Assembly: GCA_964487475.1 (NCBI GenBank)
Contig: CAZAPM010000014.1
Span: 1 to 56,474 of the forward strand
Direction of reading: 5' to 3'
DNA: 56,474 nt
DNA from: an uncultured Planctomycetales bacterium
Lineage (GTDB): Bacteria; Omnitrophota; Gorgyraeia; Gygaellales; Profunditerraquicolaceae
Numbering within the stretch: position 1 is the stretch's first letter; each line of letters begins with the position of its first letter. The notes under the pieces were generated by a model. The model was not told where the DNA came from. It was given only the letters and a program-made list of their open reading frames with translations, and did no database searches. Positions 11,470 to 20,792 of the stretch are shown here, piece after piece. A program made the translations under genes and the position numbers.

Positions 11470-13304
11470 AGCACGGCATCGACCCTTCCCTGAAGGCCGC
11501 GCTGGCGGCATCTCCTTCCGCCGGGCAATGGCAGCGGATCGGTCTCCAGAAGCGCGCCGGGGTGCTGGCCCCGCTTTTTTCCCTCTATTCCAAGAACAGC
11601 ACCGGGGTGGGGGATTTCCATGATCTGCGCCTGCTGATCGACTGGGCCGCGGCCACGGGCAACTCCATCGTGCAGCTTCTGCCCATGAACGAGCTCGGCG
11701 GAGTGCTTTGTCCTTATGATTCGGTCAGTTCCTTTGCCCTCGAGCCGATGTACATCAGCCTCCTGCCGTTCGCCGCGGAGGAGCGTGGCCAATGCGCCGG
11801 GGACATGGCGGCGCTGCGCAAAGATTTTCCTTCCGGCGGAAGGCATCTGGATTACGGGATCCGCCCTGCCAAGCAGGAAGCCCTGAAGAAGGTGTTCCTT
11901 TCCGCGCAGGTTTCCCTCTCCGGTGATTTCGAGGCGTATTGCCGCGCGCAGGAGTATTGGCTCGATGATTTCGCGCTCTTCAAAGTGCTCAAAGAGTATT
12001 ACGGAGGGCTGCCCTGGTACGAGTGGGAACCGGTGTACCGGGACCATATCCGCACCGCGCTGGAAGTGTTCTCCCGTCAGTGGGCCCAGGACCTGCTTTT
12101 TCAGAAATGGCTGCAGTACGTCGCCTTCACGCAGTTCACGGAGGCCAAGCGTTACGCCGGGGAAAAGGGGGTGTTCCTTAAGGGGGACCTGCCAATCCTG
12201 GTCTCGCGGGACAGCGCGGACGTCTGGGCGAACCCGAAGTATTTCAAGCTCGATACCGCGGCCGGCGCCCCCCCGGATATGTACTGCGCCAAAGGCCAGC
12301 GGTGGGGAATGCCGACGTACCAGTGGGACCGTATCGCGGGGGACGGGTACCGGTACCTGAAGGAAAAGCTGGCGTACGCCGGGAACTTTTACGATATCCT
12401 GCGGGTGGACCATGTGGTCGGTCTCTTCCGTATCTGGAGCATCCCTTTTCATGAGCCCTTCGATAACCAGGGGTTGCACGGCACCTTCGATCCCGCCGAG
12501 GAATCCCGCTGGGGCGGCCAGGGCCGCGAACTGCTCGCGCAGATGCTGGGCGCCTCCGGGATGCTCTTGTGCGCGGAGGACCTGGGAGTCATCCCTCCGG
12601 TGTGCACGCATACCCTGGCGGAGTTAGGCATACCCGGCAACGACGTGCAGCGCTGGGTCAAAGATTGGAACGTCCGGCACGATTTCCTCTCTCCCGAAGA
12701 GTACAGGGTGCTTTCCGTGGCTACGCTTTCCACGCATGACACCACCAGCTGGCTGGGTTGGTGGGAGAACGAAGCCGGGACCGTGGACGAGGCGTTGTTC
12801 ATGAGGCGCTGCCAGGGACGGGTGGATTTCCCGAAGGTGCGGGAACTGCTCTTCGATCCCGGACGCAGCGGCTACGGGCGTTTGCGCTGGAGGGAAAGCG
12901 TGGATTCCGTCGATACGCTGGTGCGGGTGCTCGGCAGGAGGCATGAAGAGGTCGGGGATTTCATAGAGATGTACCTCAATACCTTCCAGGAGAAAGAAAA
13001 GTTCTGGAAAGCCAGGAAGTGCCGGGGAGCGATGTGCGAGAAGGGGGACGGTTCCATCCTGGCCCAGGCGCTGGAAAGCGTGCTGGAATCCCGGGCAATC
13101 TTCGCCATCCAGCTGATGACGGACTGGCTGTGCCTTTCCGATGAGCTCTGCGACCGCGACCACTACGAATACCGGATCAATACCCCCGGGACCATCAGCA
13201 ACCGCAACTGGTCCCTGGTCTATCCTGTTTCCCTCGATGCCTTGCGCACGCACCCCGTGACCAAGACCGTCAAATCCATGATCAAGGCCTCGGGCCGGCA
13301 CTGA
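11466..13304 (+). CDS. malQ: 4-alpha-glucanotransferase (GH77)
   Basis: VQLLPMN, KGDLPILV, GAPPD, GQRWGMP, LRVDHVVG, CAEDLG, STHDT, RINTPGT. Confidence 0.93.
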   Translation: MKHGIDPSLKAALAASPSAGQWQRIGLQKRAGVLAPLFSLYSKNSTGVGDFHDLRLLIDWAAATGNSIVQLLPMNELGGVLCPYDSVSSFALEPMYISLLPFAAEERGQCAGDMAALRKDFPSGGRHLDYGIRPAKQEALKKVFLSAQVSLSGDFEAYCRAQEYWLDDFALFKVLKEYYGGLPWYEWEPVYRDHIRTALEVFSRQWAQDLLFQKWLQYVAFTQFTEAKRYAGEKGVFLKGDLPILVSRDSADVWANPKYFKLDTAAGAPPDMYCAKGQRWGMPTYQWDRIAGDGYRYLKEKLAYAGNFYDILRVDHVVGLFRIWSIPFHEPFDNQGLHGTFDPAEESRWGGQGRELLAQMLGASGMLLCAEDLGVIPPVCTHTLAELGIPGNDVQRWVKDWNVRHDFLSPEEYRVLSVATLSTHDTTSWLGWWENEAGTVDEALFMRRCQGRVDFPKVRELLFDPGRSGYGRLRWRESVDSVDTLVRVLGRRHEEVGDFIEMYLNTFQEKEKFWKARKCRGAMCEKGDGSILAQALESVLESRAIFAIQLMTDWLCLSDELCDRDHYEYRINTPGTISNRNWSLVYPVSLDALRTHPVTKTVKSMIKASGRH

Positions 13305-13320
13305 CCGCATATCTCTTCCC

Positions 13321-14040
13321 ATGTCTAAGATCCAGGGCAAAGAATTCTACATCTCGAAACTCGTCGGAAAAGCCATGACCGATTACGGGATGCTCTCCGC
13401 GGGGGACAGGATCGCCGTCGCGATTTCGGGGGGCAAGGACAGCCTTACCCTGCTCAAGGTCCTCCAGGACCGGAGGTCGTTCGTGCCCGTCGATTATTCC
13501 CTGGTGGCGGTGCATGTGGACCTGGGATATCCCAAATCCTGCGCCGCGGCGCTGGTCAGGTACTTCAAGAAGATCGGGGTGGAGTATCATATCGAGAAGT
13601 CCGACGCCCTCAGGAAGACCAAACCTAAGGATATCAACTGTTTCTGGTGCTCCTGGAACCGGCGCAAAGCCTTGTTCTCGGCGGCGCACGCCTTAGGGTG
13701 CAGGAAAGTGGCGTTGGGGCATCACAAGGACGATATCGTGGAGACCGTTCTGATGAACCTCTTCTTCAACGGGGAGATCTCGGCCATGGCGCCGAAACAG
13801 GAGCTTTTCCACGGCGCCATCCACGTCATCCGGCCGCTCGCGTACGTGGAGGAGGATATGATCCGCGGGTTCGTGCGCGAGGAGAAGTTCCGCACCTTCG
13901 ATTGCCTCTGCCCGCATTCCGTGACCTCTAACAGGGCGCGGATGGGAAAGATCATCAGTTCGCTTTCCCGGGTATGCCCGGAAGTGAAAACGAACATCTA
14001 CCGCAGCCTTACGCGCATCAAGAAAGAGTATTTGCTGTAA
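13321..14040 (+). CDS. ttcA: tRNA 2-thiocytidine(32) synthetase TtcA family
   Basis: PP-loop SGGKDS, CFWC, ALGHHKDD, VIRPL. Confidence 0.85.
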   Translation: MSKIQGKEFYISKLVGKAMTDYGMLSAGDRIAVAISGGKDSLTLLKVLQDRRSFVPVDYSLVAVHVDLGYPKSCAAALVRYFKKIGVEYHIEKSDALRKTKPKDINCFWCSWNRRKALFSAAHALGCRKVALGHHKDDIVETVLMNLFFNGEISAMAPKQELFHGAIHVIRPLAYVEEDMIRGFVREEKFRTFDCLCPHSVTSNRARMGKIISSLSRVCPEVKTNIYRSLTRIKKEYLL

Positions 14041-14054
14041 CCTTTCCCCGCTCG

Positions 14055-14063
14055 TGCTATAAT
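14055..14063 (+). promoter_or_regulatory. Extended -10 promoter for rmuC
   Basis: TGCTATAAT (TGnTATAAT) 13 nt upstream of the ATG. Confidence 0.55.
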
Positions 14064-14076
14064 ACCCGAAGAACCC

Positions 14077-15009
14077 ATGACTATCCCAATCCTTATCCTT
14101 TTTGTGCTGGTGGCGGCGGCGCTGGTCGCGCTGGTGCTGCGGCTTTCCTCTCAGGTGAACGACCGGCTGGAGTACATGACCCGGACGCTCCAGGATTCCC
14201 AGAAAGCGATCGGCGCCAATCTGGCCAGCGCCACGGGAGTGTTCGGCAGCGTGCAGGAAAAGCTCGGGCGGCTGGAGGAGACCAACCGGCAGATCGTGGA
14301 GATCAGCCGGGATATCACCAGCTTGCAGGATCTGTTGCGCGCGCCGAAGTTCCGCGGGGCCATGGGGGAGACTTTGCTGGAGAACCTCCTTTCGCAGATC
14401 CTGCCTACGGCGCATTACCGTATCCAGCATCGGTTCAAGAGCGGTGATATCGTCGACGCGGCGATCGTCATCGGGGACCGCCTGGTGTGCGTGGACGCCA
14501 AGTTCAGCCTGGAGAATTTCCAGAAGATGGTGGAGACGAAGGAAGAGGCTCCGGCGGCGGTATTCCGCCGTAAATTCATGCAGGACATGCGCACCCGCAC
14601 CGACGAGATCTCCTCGAAGTACATTTTGCCCCAGGAACAGACCTATGATTTCGCGCTCATGTATGTGCCGGCGGAGAACGTCTATTACGAGGCGGTGGTC
14701 AAAGAGGATATCCTGGCGTATTGCCTTTCCAAAAGGGTGATCCCGGTCTCCCCGAATACGCTGTATGCGTACCTGCAGGTGATCTGCCTGGGATTGAAGG
14801 GGCTGAAGGTGGAGGAGAACGCCCGTGAGATCCTCAACCAGATGCGCATGCTTTCTACCGAGATGGGGAAGTTCCGGGATGATTTTTCCGTGCTGGGGGG
14901 GCATTTGGCCAGCGCTTCCAAGAAGTACGACGAGAGCCAGCGCCGCCTGGAAAAGTTCACCGATAAACTTTCTACGCTGCAGGACGCAAAACAGATACCG
15001 GAGGGATGA
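14077..15009 (+). CDS. rmuC: DNA recombination protein RmuC
   Basis: N-terminal TM plus coiled coil; RGAMGE, VDAAI, VDAKF, FALMYVPAE, VSPNTL. Confidence 0.92.
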   Translation: MTIPILILFVLVAAALVALVLRLSSQVNDRLEYMTRTLQDSQKAIGANLASATGVFGSVQEKLGRLEETNRQIVEISRDITSLQDLLRAPKFRGAMGETLLENLLSQILPTAHYRIQHRFKSGDIVDAAIVIGDRLVCVDAKFSLENFQKMVETKEEAPAAVFRRKFMQDMRTRTDEISSKYILPQEQTYDFALMYVPAENVYYEAVVKEDILAYCLSKRVIPVSPNTLYAYLQVICLGLKGLKVEENAREILNQMRMLSTEMGKFRDDFSVLGGHLASASKKYDESQRRLEKFTDKLSTLQDAKQIPEG

Positions 15010-15722
15010 TGGAACAGGCCCAGGTGCTGCAGGAGTGCGTGTGGGGAGTGAGCCGCAAGCCCGCGAATATGTCGTTGACCAGGGGGATGTGCAAGGATTC
15101 CCTGGCCAATCGGGGTGAGTTCCTGCGGTCGCTGGGGATGCCGCCGGAAAAGCTGGTATGCCCGCATCAGGTGCACGGAAGCAGGGTGTACCGGGTGGGA
15201 GTGCTTGATCAGGGACGCGGCGGGACGAGCGCGGCGGAGGCGGTTCCCGAGACCGATGCGCTGTGCACCTCCGAGCCCGGGATCCCGCTGGGAGTGATGA
15301 CCGCGGACTGTCTTTCCGTATTTTTTTTCGATCCGGCCACGCCCAGCATCGGGATCGCCCATGCGGGATGGCGCGGCACCCGGGAGGGGATATGCGCCAG
15401 GACCATCCAGGCCATGCGCGTGAATTTCGGTGCGGATCCGTCCTCCCTGAAGGTATGGTTCGGGCCCTGTATCCGTGCGTGCTGTTATCAGGTGGGGGAG
15501 GAGTTCGGAGCGCATTTCCCTCTGCATGTCGAGCGGCGGGAGCAAGGGTTTTATCTTGACCTGATCGGAGAGAACCGTCAGCAGGCCATCGAAGCCGGGG
15601 TGCGGCTCTCTCATATCGGGGACAGCGGGATGTGTACCATATGCGGGCCGGAGCCGTTCTTTTCGCACCGCCGCGACGGCGCGGAGTGCGGCAGGATGCT
15701 TTCGGTGGTGATGTTGCCCTGA
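15006..15722 (+). CDS. pgeF: PgeF/YfiH family (purine nucleoside phosphorylase, peptidoglycan editing factor)
   Basis: HQVHG, TDAL, TADCL, HAGWRG, GPCI..CCYQVG, FFSHRR. Confidence 0.9.
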   Translation: MMEQAQVLQECVWGVSRKPANMSLTRGMCKDSLANRGEFLRSLGMPPEKLVCPHQVHGSRVYRVGVLDQGRGGTSAAEAVPETDALCTSEPGIPLGVMTADCLSVFFFDPATPSIGIAHAGWRGTREGICARTIQAMRVNFGADPSSLKVWFGPCIRACCYQVGEEFGAHFPLHVERREQGFYLDLIGENRQQAIEAGVRLSHIGDSGMCTICGPEPFFSHRRDGAECGRMLSVVMLP

Positions 15723-15732
15723 GCGGTGAGCG

Positions 15733-16557
15733 ATGTTGACATCGCAGCAGGCGAAATACCTCAAGGATGCGTTCCGCAACGGGCGAGTGGTCTGTTTTAC
15801 CGGAGCGGGCATCTCGGTGGAAAGCGGGATCCCCGCATTCCGGGGAACGGGCGGGTTGTGGGAACGGTACGACCCGGAGGTGTATGCGTATCCCCGGGGA
15901 TTGGCCGGGTTGATACAGCGCGATCCGGATGCGTTGATCGGTTTTCTCAGCGAGTTGTACTCCACTCTTCTGCAGGCGCAGCCTAATCTGGCGCATACGG
16001 CATTGGGGGTGCTGGAGCGGCAGGGCCTGCTGGAGGGAGTGATCACCCAGAATGTCGATAATCTGCATACGGTCGCCGGGAACCGCGGGGTGATCGAGCT
16101 GCACGGCAATGCTTTCAGATACCGTTGCAACCGTTGCGGAGCCGGGTTCATGCTGGAGCGCGACCGCGCGCGGGAGATGGTATCGTTATTGGGACGGGCG
16201 AAGGGATCGCGGCGGGAGTTGCTGCGGGTTTTGAGCCGTTATCTGGTGCGTTGCGAGAGGAGCGGATGCGGCGGACGTATGCGTACCGGCGTGGTGCTCT
16301 TCGGAGAGGATCTTCCGGAAGACGCGGTGGCATCCGCGTATGCCCTTCTGGACAAGGCCGATACGGTGCTGGTGGTCGGTTCTTCGATGGAGGTATACCC
16401 GGCTGCCGGGATGCCCTTGTATGCCAAAGACCGCGGAGCGGCATTGATCGAAGTGAATATGGAGCATACCCCGTTGACGGAGATCTGCGATCTGCATATT
16501 CCGGCGCTCGCGTCGGCTGCGCTTCCCGAGGTGTTACGCATCGTGACCCATGAGTAA
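15733..16557 (+). CDS. cobB: NAD-dependent protein deacylase (sirtuin)
   Basis: TGAGISVESGIPAFRG, ITQNVDNLH, ELHG, VVLFGE, VGSSMEVYPAA. Confidence 0.9.
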   Translation: MLTSQQAKYLKDAFRNGRVVCFTGAGISVESGIPAFRGTGGLWERYDPEVYAYPRGLAGLIQRDPDALIGFLSELYSTLLQAQPNLAHTALGVLERQGLLEGVITQNVDNLHTVAGNRGVIELHGNAFRYRCNRCGAGFMLERDRAREMVSLLGRAKGSRRELLRVLSRYLVRCERSGCGGRMRTGVVLFGEDLPEDAVASAYALLDKADTVLVVGSSMEVYPAAGMPLYAKDRGAALIEVNMEHTPLTEICDLHIPALASAALPEVLRIVTHE

Positions 16558-16786
16558 ATTCCGCCTTGATTTCGTGCTCACTACGCAGGAGGATTGCCTG
16601 CGCGAACTGACCTGCGCCCTGGAGGAGCTGGGCGAGGGGCTGGAGTTCGCGCCGGTGCCGCAGTGCGGGCACGAGCGGGGCAAGAACTTCAAAGTGCAGG
16701 TGGTGGCGGTCGATCCCACCCTGATCTTCGACGTGTGTTCGCAGTTCGGCAGGTTCAGGTCGGTGCGGATCGTGGAGCTTCCGTGA
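16550..16786 (+). CDS. Small hypothetical protein (78 aa)
   Basis: Overlaps the sirtuin stop; normal codon usage; pattern suggests beta-alpha-beta-beta-alpha-beta. Confidence 0.7.
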   Translation: MSKFRLDFVLTTQEDCLRELTCALEELGEGLEFAPVPQCGHERGKNFKVQVVAVDPTLIFDVCSQFGRFRSVRIVELP

Positions 16787-16806
16787 ACGTGCGGCCGCGG
16801 GATCCC

Positions 16807-16835
16807 TTGATTGGCCCCTGCCTCCGTGGTAGAAT
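16807..16835 (+). promoter_or_regulatory. Sigma70-type promoter, probably leaderless cutA mRNA
   Basis: TTGATT-17 nt-TAGAAT with TG extension; ATG 6 nt after the -10; no SD. Confidence 0.55.
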
Positions 16836-16841
16836 GCTCCT

Positions 16842-17162
16842 ATGTATTCCTTGATACTGGTCACGTGCGCGGATACCGAGCAGGCGGGCAGGATCGCTTC
16901 TTCCCTGGTGCAGGAAAGGAAGGCGGCGTGCGTGTCTTTTCTCGACGGAGTTACTTCGGTGTACCGCTGGGAGGGCAAAGTCGATACCTCCCGGGAAGTG
17001 CTGCTGCTGATCAAGACGAACGAGGCGCTGGTGGATGAGGTGATCTCCCGGGTGAAAGCGCTGCATTCATACGAGGTGCCGGAGATCGTCGCGGTGCCCA
17101 TAACTCGGGGATTCGGCCCATATCTGCGATGGATAGATGATTCCTGCGGCGAACAGCGTTGA
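16842..17162 (+). CDS. cutA: Divalent-cation tolerance protein CutA
   Basis: AACV, SVYRWEGKV, LLIKT, HSYEVPEI. Confidence 0.93.
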   Translation: MYSLILVTCADTEQAGRIASSLVQERKAACVSFLDGVTSVYRWEGKVDTSREVLLLIKTNEALVDEVISRVKALHSYEVPEIVAVPITRGFGPYLRWIDDSCGEQR

Positions 17163-17826
17163 TATCTTTTCGGCTTTTGTGGGCGGGGTGCTGGTGAGTT
17201 TCACCCCGTGCGTGTACCCGTTGATCCCCGTGACCGCGGGGTATATCGGGGCCAGGGGCAGCGCCTCCAGGGTCAGGGGGTTCCTCTTAAGCCTCGCGTA
17301 CGTCACGGGCATCGCCATCACGTATTCCTTGCTGGGGCTGATCGCTTCCCTGACCGGGATGCTTTTCGGGAGGATCAGCTCGCATCCGGTCACGTATATC
17401 GTGGTCGGGGTATTGATCATATTTTTCGGGATCTCCATGTGGGGATGGTTCGATTTTGCACATCCGGTGCTCTTTTCCCGGTTGCCCTGGGCGCAGCGCA
17501 TGTACCAGGAAAAGCGTACCAGGATATGGTCGGCCCTGTTCCTGGGGATGGCTTCGGGGCTGTTGATCGGGCCTTGCATGACCCCGATGCTGGGGACCAT
17601 CCTGACGTATATCGCTACCAAGCAGAATGTGGTGCACGGGATGCTGCTGCTGGTGAGTTTTGCCTACGGCATGGGATGTATGCTCATCCTCGTGGGTACG
17701 TTCAGCTCGGTTGCCGCGGGGATCCCCCGTTCCGGGATGTGGATGAACCTGGTGAAAAGGGCAGGGGCTTCGGTCCTGTTGATCATGGGAGCTTATTTCG
17801 TGTACGAAGGGATAAGGAGGCTGTAA
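17137..17826 (+). CDS. ccdA: CcdA/DsbD-type transmembrane electron transporter
   Basis: SFTPCVYPLIP and GPCMTPML Cys-Pro motifs; about six TM helices. Confidence 0.88.
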   Translation: MIPAANSVDIFSAFVGGVLVSFTPCVYPLIPVTAGYIGARGSASRVRGFLLSLAYVTGIAITYSLLGLIASLTGMLFGRISSHPVTYIVVGVLIIFFGISMWGWFDFAHPVLFSRLPWAQRMYQEKRTRIWSALFLGMASGLLIGPCMTPMLGTILTYIATKQNVVHGMLLLVSFAYGMGCMLILVGTFSSVAAGIPRSGMWMNLVKRAGASVLLIMGAYFVYEGIRRL

Positions 17827-17827
17827 A

Positions 17828-18451
17828 ATGTGTAAGGCATCGTGTGGTTCTATCGGGATAAGGGTTGTAGTGTTGTGCGCGGCGATAATGGCGGCGGCAG
17901 GCTGCGGCGGAAATTCCAATGTCAAGGATGCTCCGGCGGCAGTGCCGGCCAAAAAGGCGGCTGCGGCCGCTGTGGCGCAGGCTCCGGCTCCCGCTCCCGC
18001 GGTCAAGCCCGATGCGTCGACCGTATCGGTGATCCGTCCCACCCAGAAACGGCTGATGGCTCCCGATTTCAAACTGCAGGATCTGCGTCAGGACATGGTG
18101 ACCTTAAGCGAGTTCCGCGGCAACAATCCGGTGCTGCTTTTTTTCTGGACCACCTGGTGCCCTTTCTGCCAGCGTGAGCTTCAGGTGCTCAAGACCAGTT
18201 ATCCACAGCTGGTGCAGGCGGGGATAGAAGTACTGGCCATCAACATCGGGGAATTGTCGGACAGGGTCAGCAGCGCGGTGGATTCCTACCGGTTGACCTA
18301 CCGGGTGTTGCTGGATAAGGATGAATCGGTCGCTTCGCAGTACGAGGTGATCGGTGTGCCTACCTACGTGCTGGTCAATACCGAGGGGGAGATCGTCTTC
18401 CAGGATAATTATTTCCCCTCGGCGTACAGCGATCTGGTGTCCGCGCGGTAA
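17828..18451 (+). CDS. TlpA/ResA-like thioredoxin, probable lipoprotein
   Basis: AAAGC lipobox-like signal, Ala/Pro linker, APDFKL, FWTTWCPFC, GVPT. Confidence 0.88.
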   Translation: MCKASCGSIGIRVVVLCAAIMAAAGCGGNSNVKDAPAAVPAKKAAAAAVAQAPAPAPAVKPDASTVSVIRPTQKRLMAPDFKLQDLRQDMVTLSEFRGNNPVLLFFWTTWCPFCQRELQVLKTSYPQLVQAGIEVLAINIGELSDRVSSAVDSYRLTYRVLLDKDESVASQYEVIGVPTYVLVNTEGEIVFQDNYFPSAYSDLVSAR

Positions 18452-18452
18452 G

Positions 18453-19835
18453 GTGTCCGTCGAACGTTCTCCTTTACGGCTGCTGACGGATTTCTATGCC
18501 CTGACCATGGCCGAGAGTTATCTGGCCTTTCAGCCGGATACTCTGGCCACGTTCGATCTTTTTGTGCGCCGGCTTCCGGCGCGGCGTTCGTATCTGGTCG
18601 CCTGCGGCCTGGAAGACGTGCTGGAGTATCTTCGCGGTCTGCGGTTCACCCCGGATGATATCGGGTATCTGCGCGGACTGAAGGTCTTCTCCCCGGAGTT
18701 CCTGGCGTACCTGAAGGGGTTTTCCTTTTCCGGAGACGTGTGGGCGATGCCCGAAGGTACGGTGTGTTTTCCGTATGAGCCGCTGGTGCGGGTGACCGCG
18801 CCGCTCATCCAGGCCCAGATCGTGGAGGGGGCGCTGCTTAACGCCATCAACCTTCAGACCATGATCGCCAGCAAGGCTTCTCGGGTGGTGCATGCCGCGC
18901 AGGGGCGAAGCGTGTTCGATTTCTCTTTGCGCCGGACGCATGGTTCGGATGCGGCGGTGAAGGTGGCCAGGGCCGCGTATCTTGCCGGATGCGGCGGGAC
19001 TTCCAATGTCCTGGCGGGGAAGCGTTACGGCATTCCCGTGGCCGGGACCATGGCGCACTCCTTCGTGATGTCCTTCAAGGACGAGTTGGACAGTTTCCTG
19101 GCGTATGCCCGCATCTTCCCGGATAAGACCATCCTCCTGGTGGATACGTATGATACGCGCCAGGGAGTGGAGCACGCGGTGACCGTTGGGCTCTTTCTGA
19201 AGCAGCGGGGTTTCCGGCTCCAGGGGATCCGGCTTGACAGCGGTGATCTTGCGGCGCTGGCAAAGGCTGCGCGCCGGAGGCTGGATGCGGCCGGGCTGCG
19301 GGATACCAAGATCGTGGCCAGCGGCAACCTTGACGAGTCCGGGATCCGCAGACTGCTGGCGCAGGGCGCCCCGATCGACGTATTCGGTGTCGGCACCAAT
19401 ATGGGTACCAGCAGCGATGCGCCGGTGCTGGATGTGATCTATAAGACGTGTGAAGTGACGGATGAGCGCGGCCGGTTCATCCCGAGGATCAAGCTGAGCA
19501 AAGACAAGGTCACGTATCCCGGAAGAAAACAGGTGGTGCGGATATCGGATGCGAAGGGGCGCTATCTGAGGGATGTGCTCGTGCTGGAGGGGGAGAAGGT
19601 GCGCGGGGAGAAGCTGCTCGTGCCGGTGATGCGCTCCGGCCGGGTGGTGTATCGCGCCCCTTCGTTGGAAGTGTCGCGGAGAAAGCTGGAAGAATCCCTT
19701 GCGCGTTTCTCCGGGAGGATGCTGCAGGATCAGCCGGTGTATACGTATCCGGTGAGGCCCAGCGCCAAGCTCCAGTCGCTGCGCAACTCCCTGCTCGCGA
19801 AGTATCAGGGACGCTCCCAAAGGGGACACCCCTGA
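18453..19835 (+). CDS. pncB: Nicotinate phosphoribosyltransferase
   Basis: LLTDFYALTMA, DFSLRRTHG, GTMAHS, LVDTYD, IRLDSGDL, FGVGT; start taken as GTG 18453 just after the tlpA stop. Confidence 0.93.
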   Translation: MSVERSPLRLLTDFYALTMAESYLAFQPDTLATFDLFVRRLPARRSYLVACGLEDVLEYLRGLRFTPDDIGYLRGLKVFSPEFLAYLKGFSFSGDVWAMPEGTVCFPYEPLVRVTAPLIQAQIVEGALLNAINLQTMIASKASRVVHAAQGRSVFDFSLRRTHGSDAAVKVARAAYLAGCGGTSNVLAGKRYGIPVAGTMAHSFVMSFKDELDSFLAYARIFPDKTILLVDTYDTRQGVEHAVTVGLFLKQRGFRLQGIRLDSGDLAALAKAARRRLDAAGLRDTKIVASGNLDESGIRRLLAQGAPIDVFGVGTNMGTSSDAPVLDVIYKTCEVTDERGRFIPRIKLSKDKVTYPGRKQVVRISDAKGRYLRDVLVLEGEKVRGEKLLVPVMRSGRVVYRAPSLEVSRRKLEESLARFSGRMLQDQPVYTYPVRPSAKLQSLRNSLLAKYQGRSQRGHP

Positions 19836-19994
19836 TATCATTTTAAGCGGTTTGTCGGATTTATTAGTTACTCGGTGTTGTAATAGTAGGAAGAAAACGC
19901 GTCTTATATCATAATAACGAGCAAGCACCCGGACTGATCAGTCGTGGCCGGTTCACCGCTTGCTGCGGAGGGGTGTCCCCTTTGGGAGCGTCCC
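19808..19994. repeat. 26-bp perfect inverted repeat pair (REPIN/MITE-like)
   Basis: GGGACGCTCCCAAAGGGGACACCCCT (19808-19833) and its exact reverse complement (19969-19994). Confidence 0.85.
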
Positions 19995-20021
19995 CTCTAG
20001 GGGCGTCCCTAAGGAGAAGAG

Positions 20022-20315
20022 ATGTTTGATAAGATGAAGCAGTTGATGGAGATGCAGAAGCAGATGCAGGAGATGAAACGCCAGCTGGATGCCGCCACCT
20101 TCGAGATGGCCAGCGCAGATAACCTGGTCAAGATCGTCATGAACGGCTCCCAGGAGATCAAGGAAGTGTTCCTGCAGAAGGAGCTTTCCGAAATGAACAA
20201 GTCCGGGCTGGAGAAGTCCATCCGGGACGCCTATAACCGGGCGGTCAAGAAATCGCATCAGCTCGCCGCGGAGAAGATGAAGGGCATGACCGGGCTCAAT
20301 ATCCCCGGCCTCTGA
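20022..20315 (+). CDS. ybaB: YbaB/EbfC nucleoid-associated protein
   Basis: MFDKMKQLMEMQKQMQEM, VKIVMNG, C-terminal GLNIPGL; SD AAGGAG. Confidence 0.85.
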   Translation: MFDKMKQLMEMQKQMQEMKRQLDAATFEMASADNLVKIVMNGSQEIKEVFLQKELSEMNKSGLEKSIRDAYNRAVKKSHQLAAEKMKGMTGLNIPGL

Positions 20316-20318
20316 CGC

Positions 20319-20789
20319 ATGAAGACCCAGGATATCCATAACCTGCTTAAGGACCGGGAGTTCATCAACGTGGCGACCTGCGATTTCGAGGGCCGCCCGA
20401 ACGTGGCGCCCAAATTTATCCTTAAGACCGACGCGACGCACATCGTGCTCATCGATTACGTGATCGGCCGCACCTGCGCGAACCTCAAGATCAACCCGAG
20501 GATTTCCCTTTCCATGATGGACCTCGAGACCTTGACCGGCTACCAGTTCAACGGGGTTGCCGAGATCATCGAGAAGGGCGCCGAGTACGAAAAGCTCATC
20601 CACGAGCTTACCCTCCGGGAGATCAGCCTTTCCGCAAAGCGCATCATCGAGGGGATCGACAGCGGCAAGAAGCATAAAAGTTTCGAATTGGCGTTCTCGG
20701 ACCGCATCACCATCTTCAAGGTGCTCATCAACGAGTTCATCGAGATACTTCCTCACGGGAAGCTGCGCAGGGAGGAGATCAAGTCTTAA
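20319..20789 (+). CDS. Pyridoxamine 5'-phosphate oxidase-like FMN-binding protein
   Basis: VATCDFEGRPNVAPK, NLKINPRISL, GYQFNG. Confidence 0.8.
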   Translation: MKTQDIHNLLKDREFINVATCDFEGRPNVAPKFILKTDATHIVLIDYVIGRTCANLKINPRISLSMMDLETLTGYQFNGVAEIIEKGAEYEKLIHELTLREISLSAKRIIEGIDSGKKHKSFELAFSDRITIFKVLINEFIEILPHGKLRREEIKS

Positions 20790-20792
20790 CCC

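Noticed and set aside
13693..16104. 803-aa minus-strand ORF
   Set aside because: Antisense shadow of ttcA-rmuC-pgeF-sirtuin; no recognisable motifs; long shadows are expected at high GC.
19836..20021. SRP RNA (ffs), often found near ybaB
   Set aside because: No GGAA tetraloop with the CAGG/AGCA internal loop on either strand that I could find.
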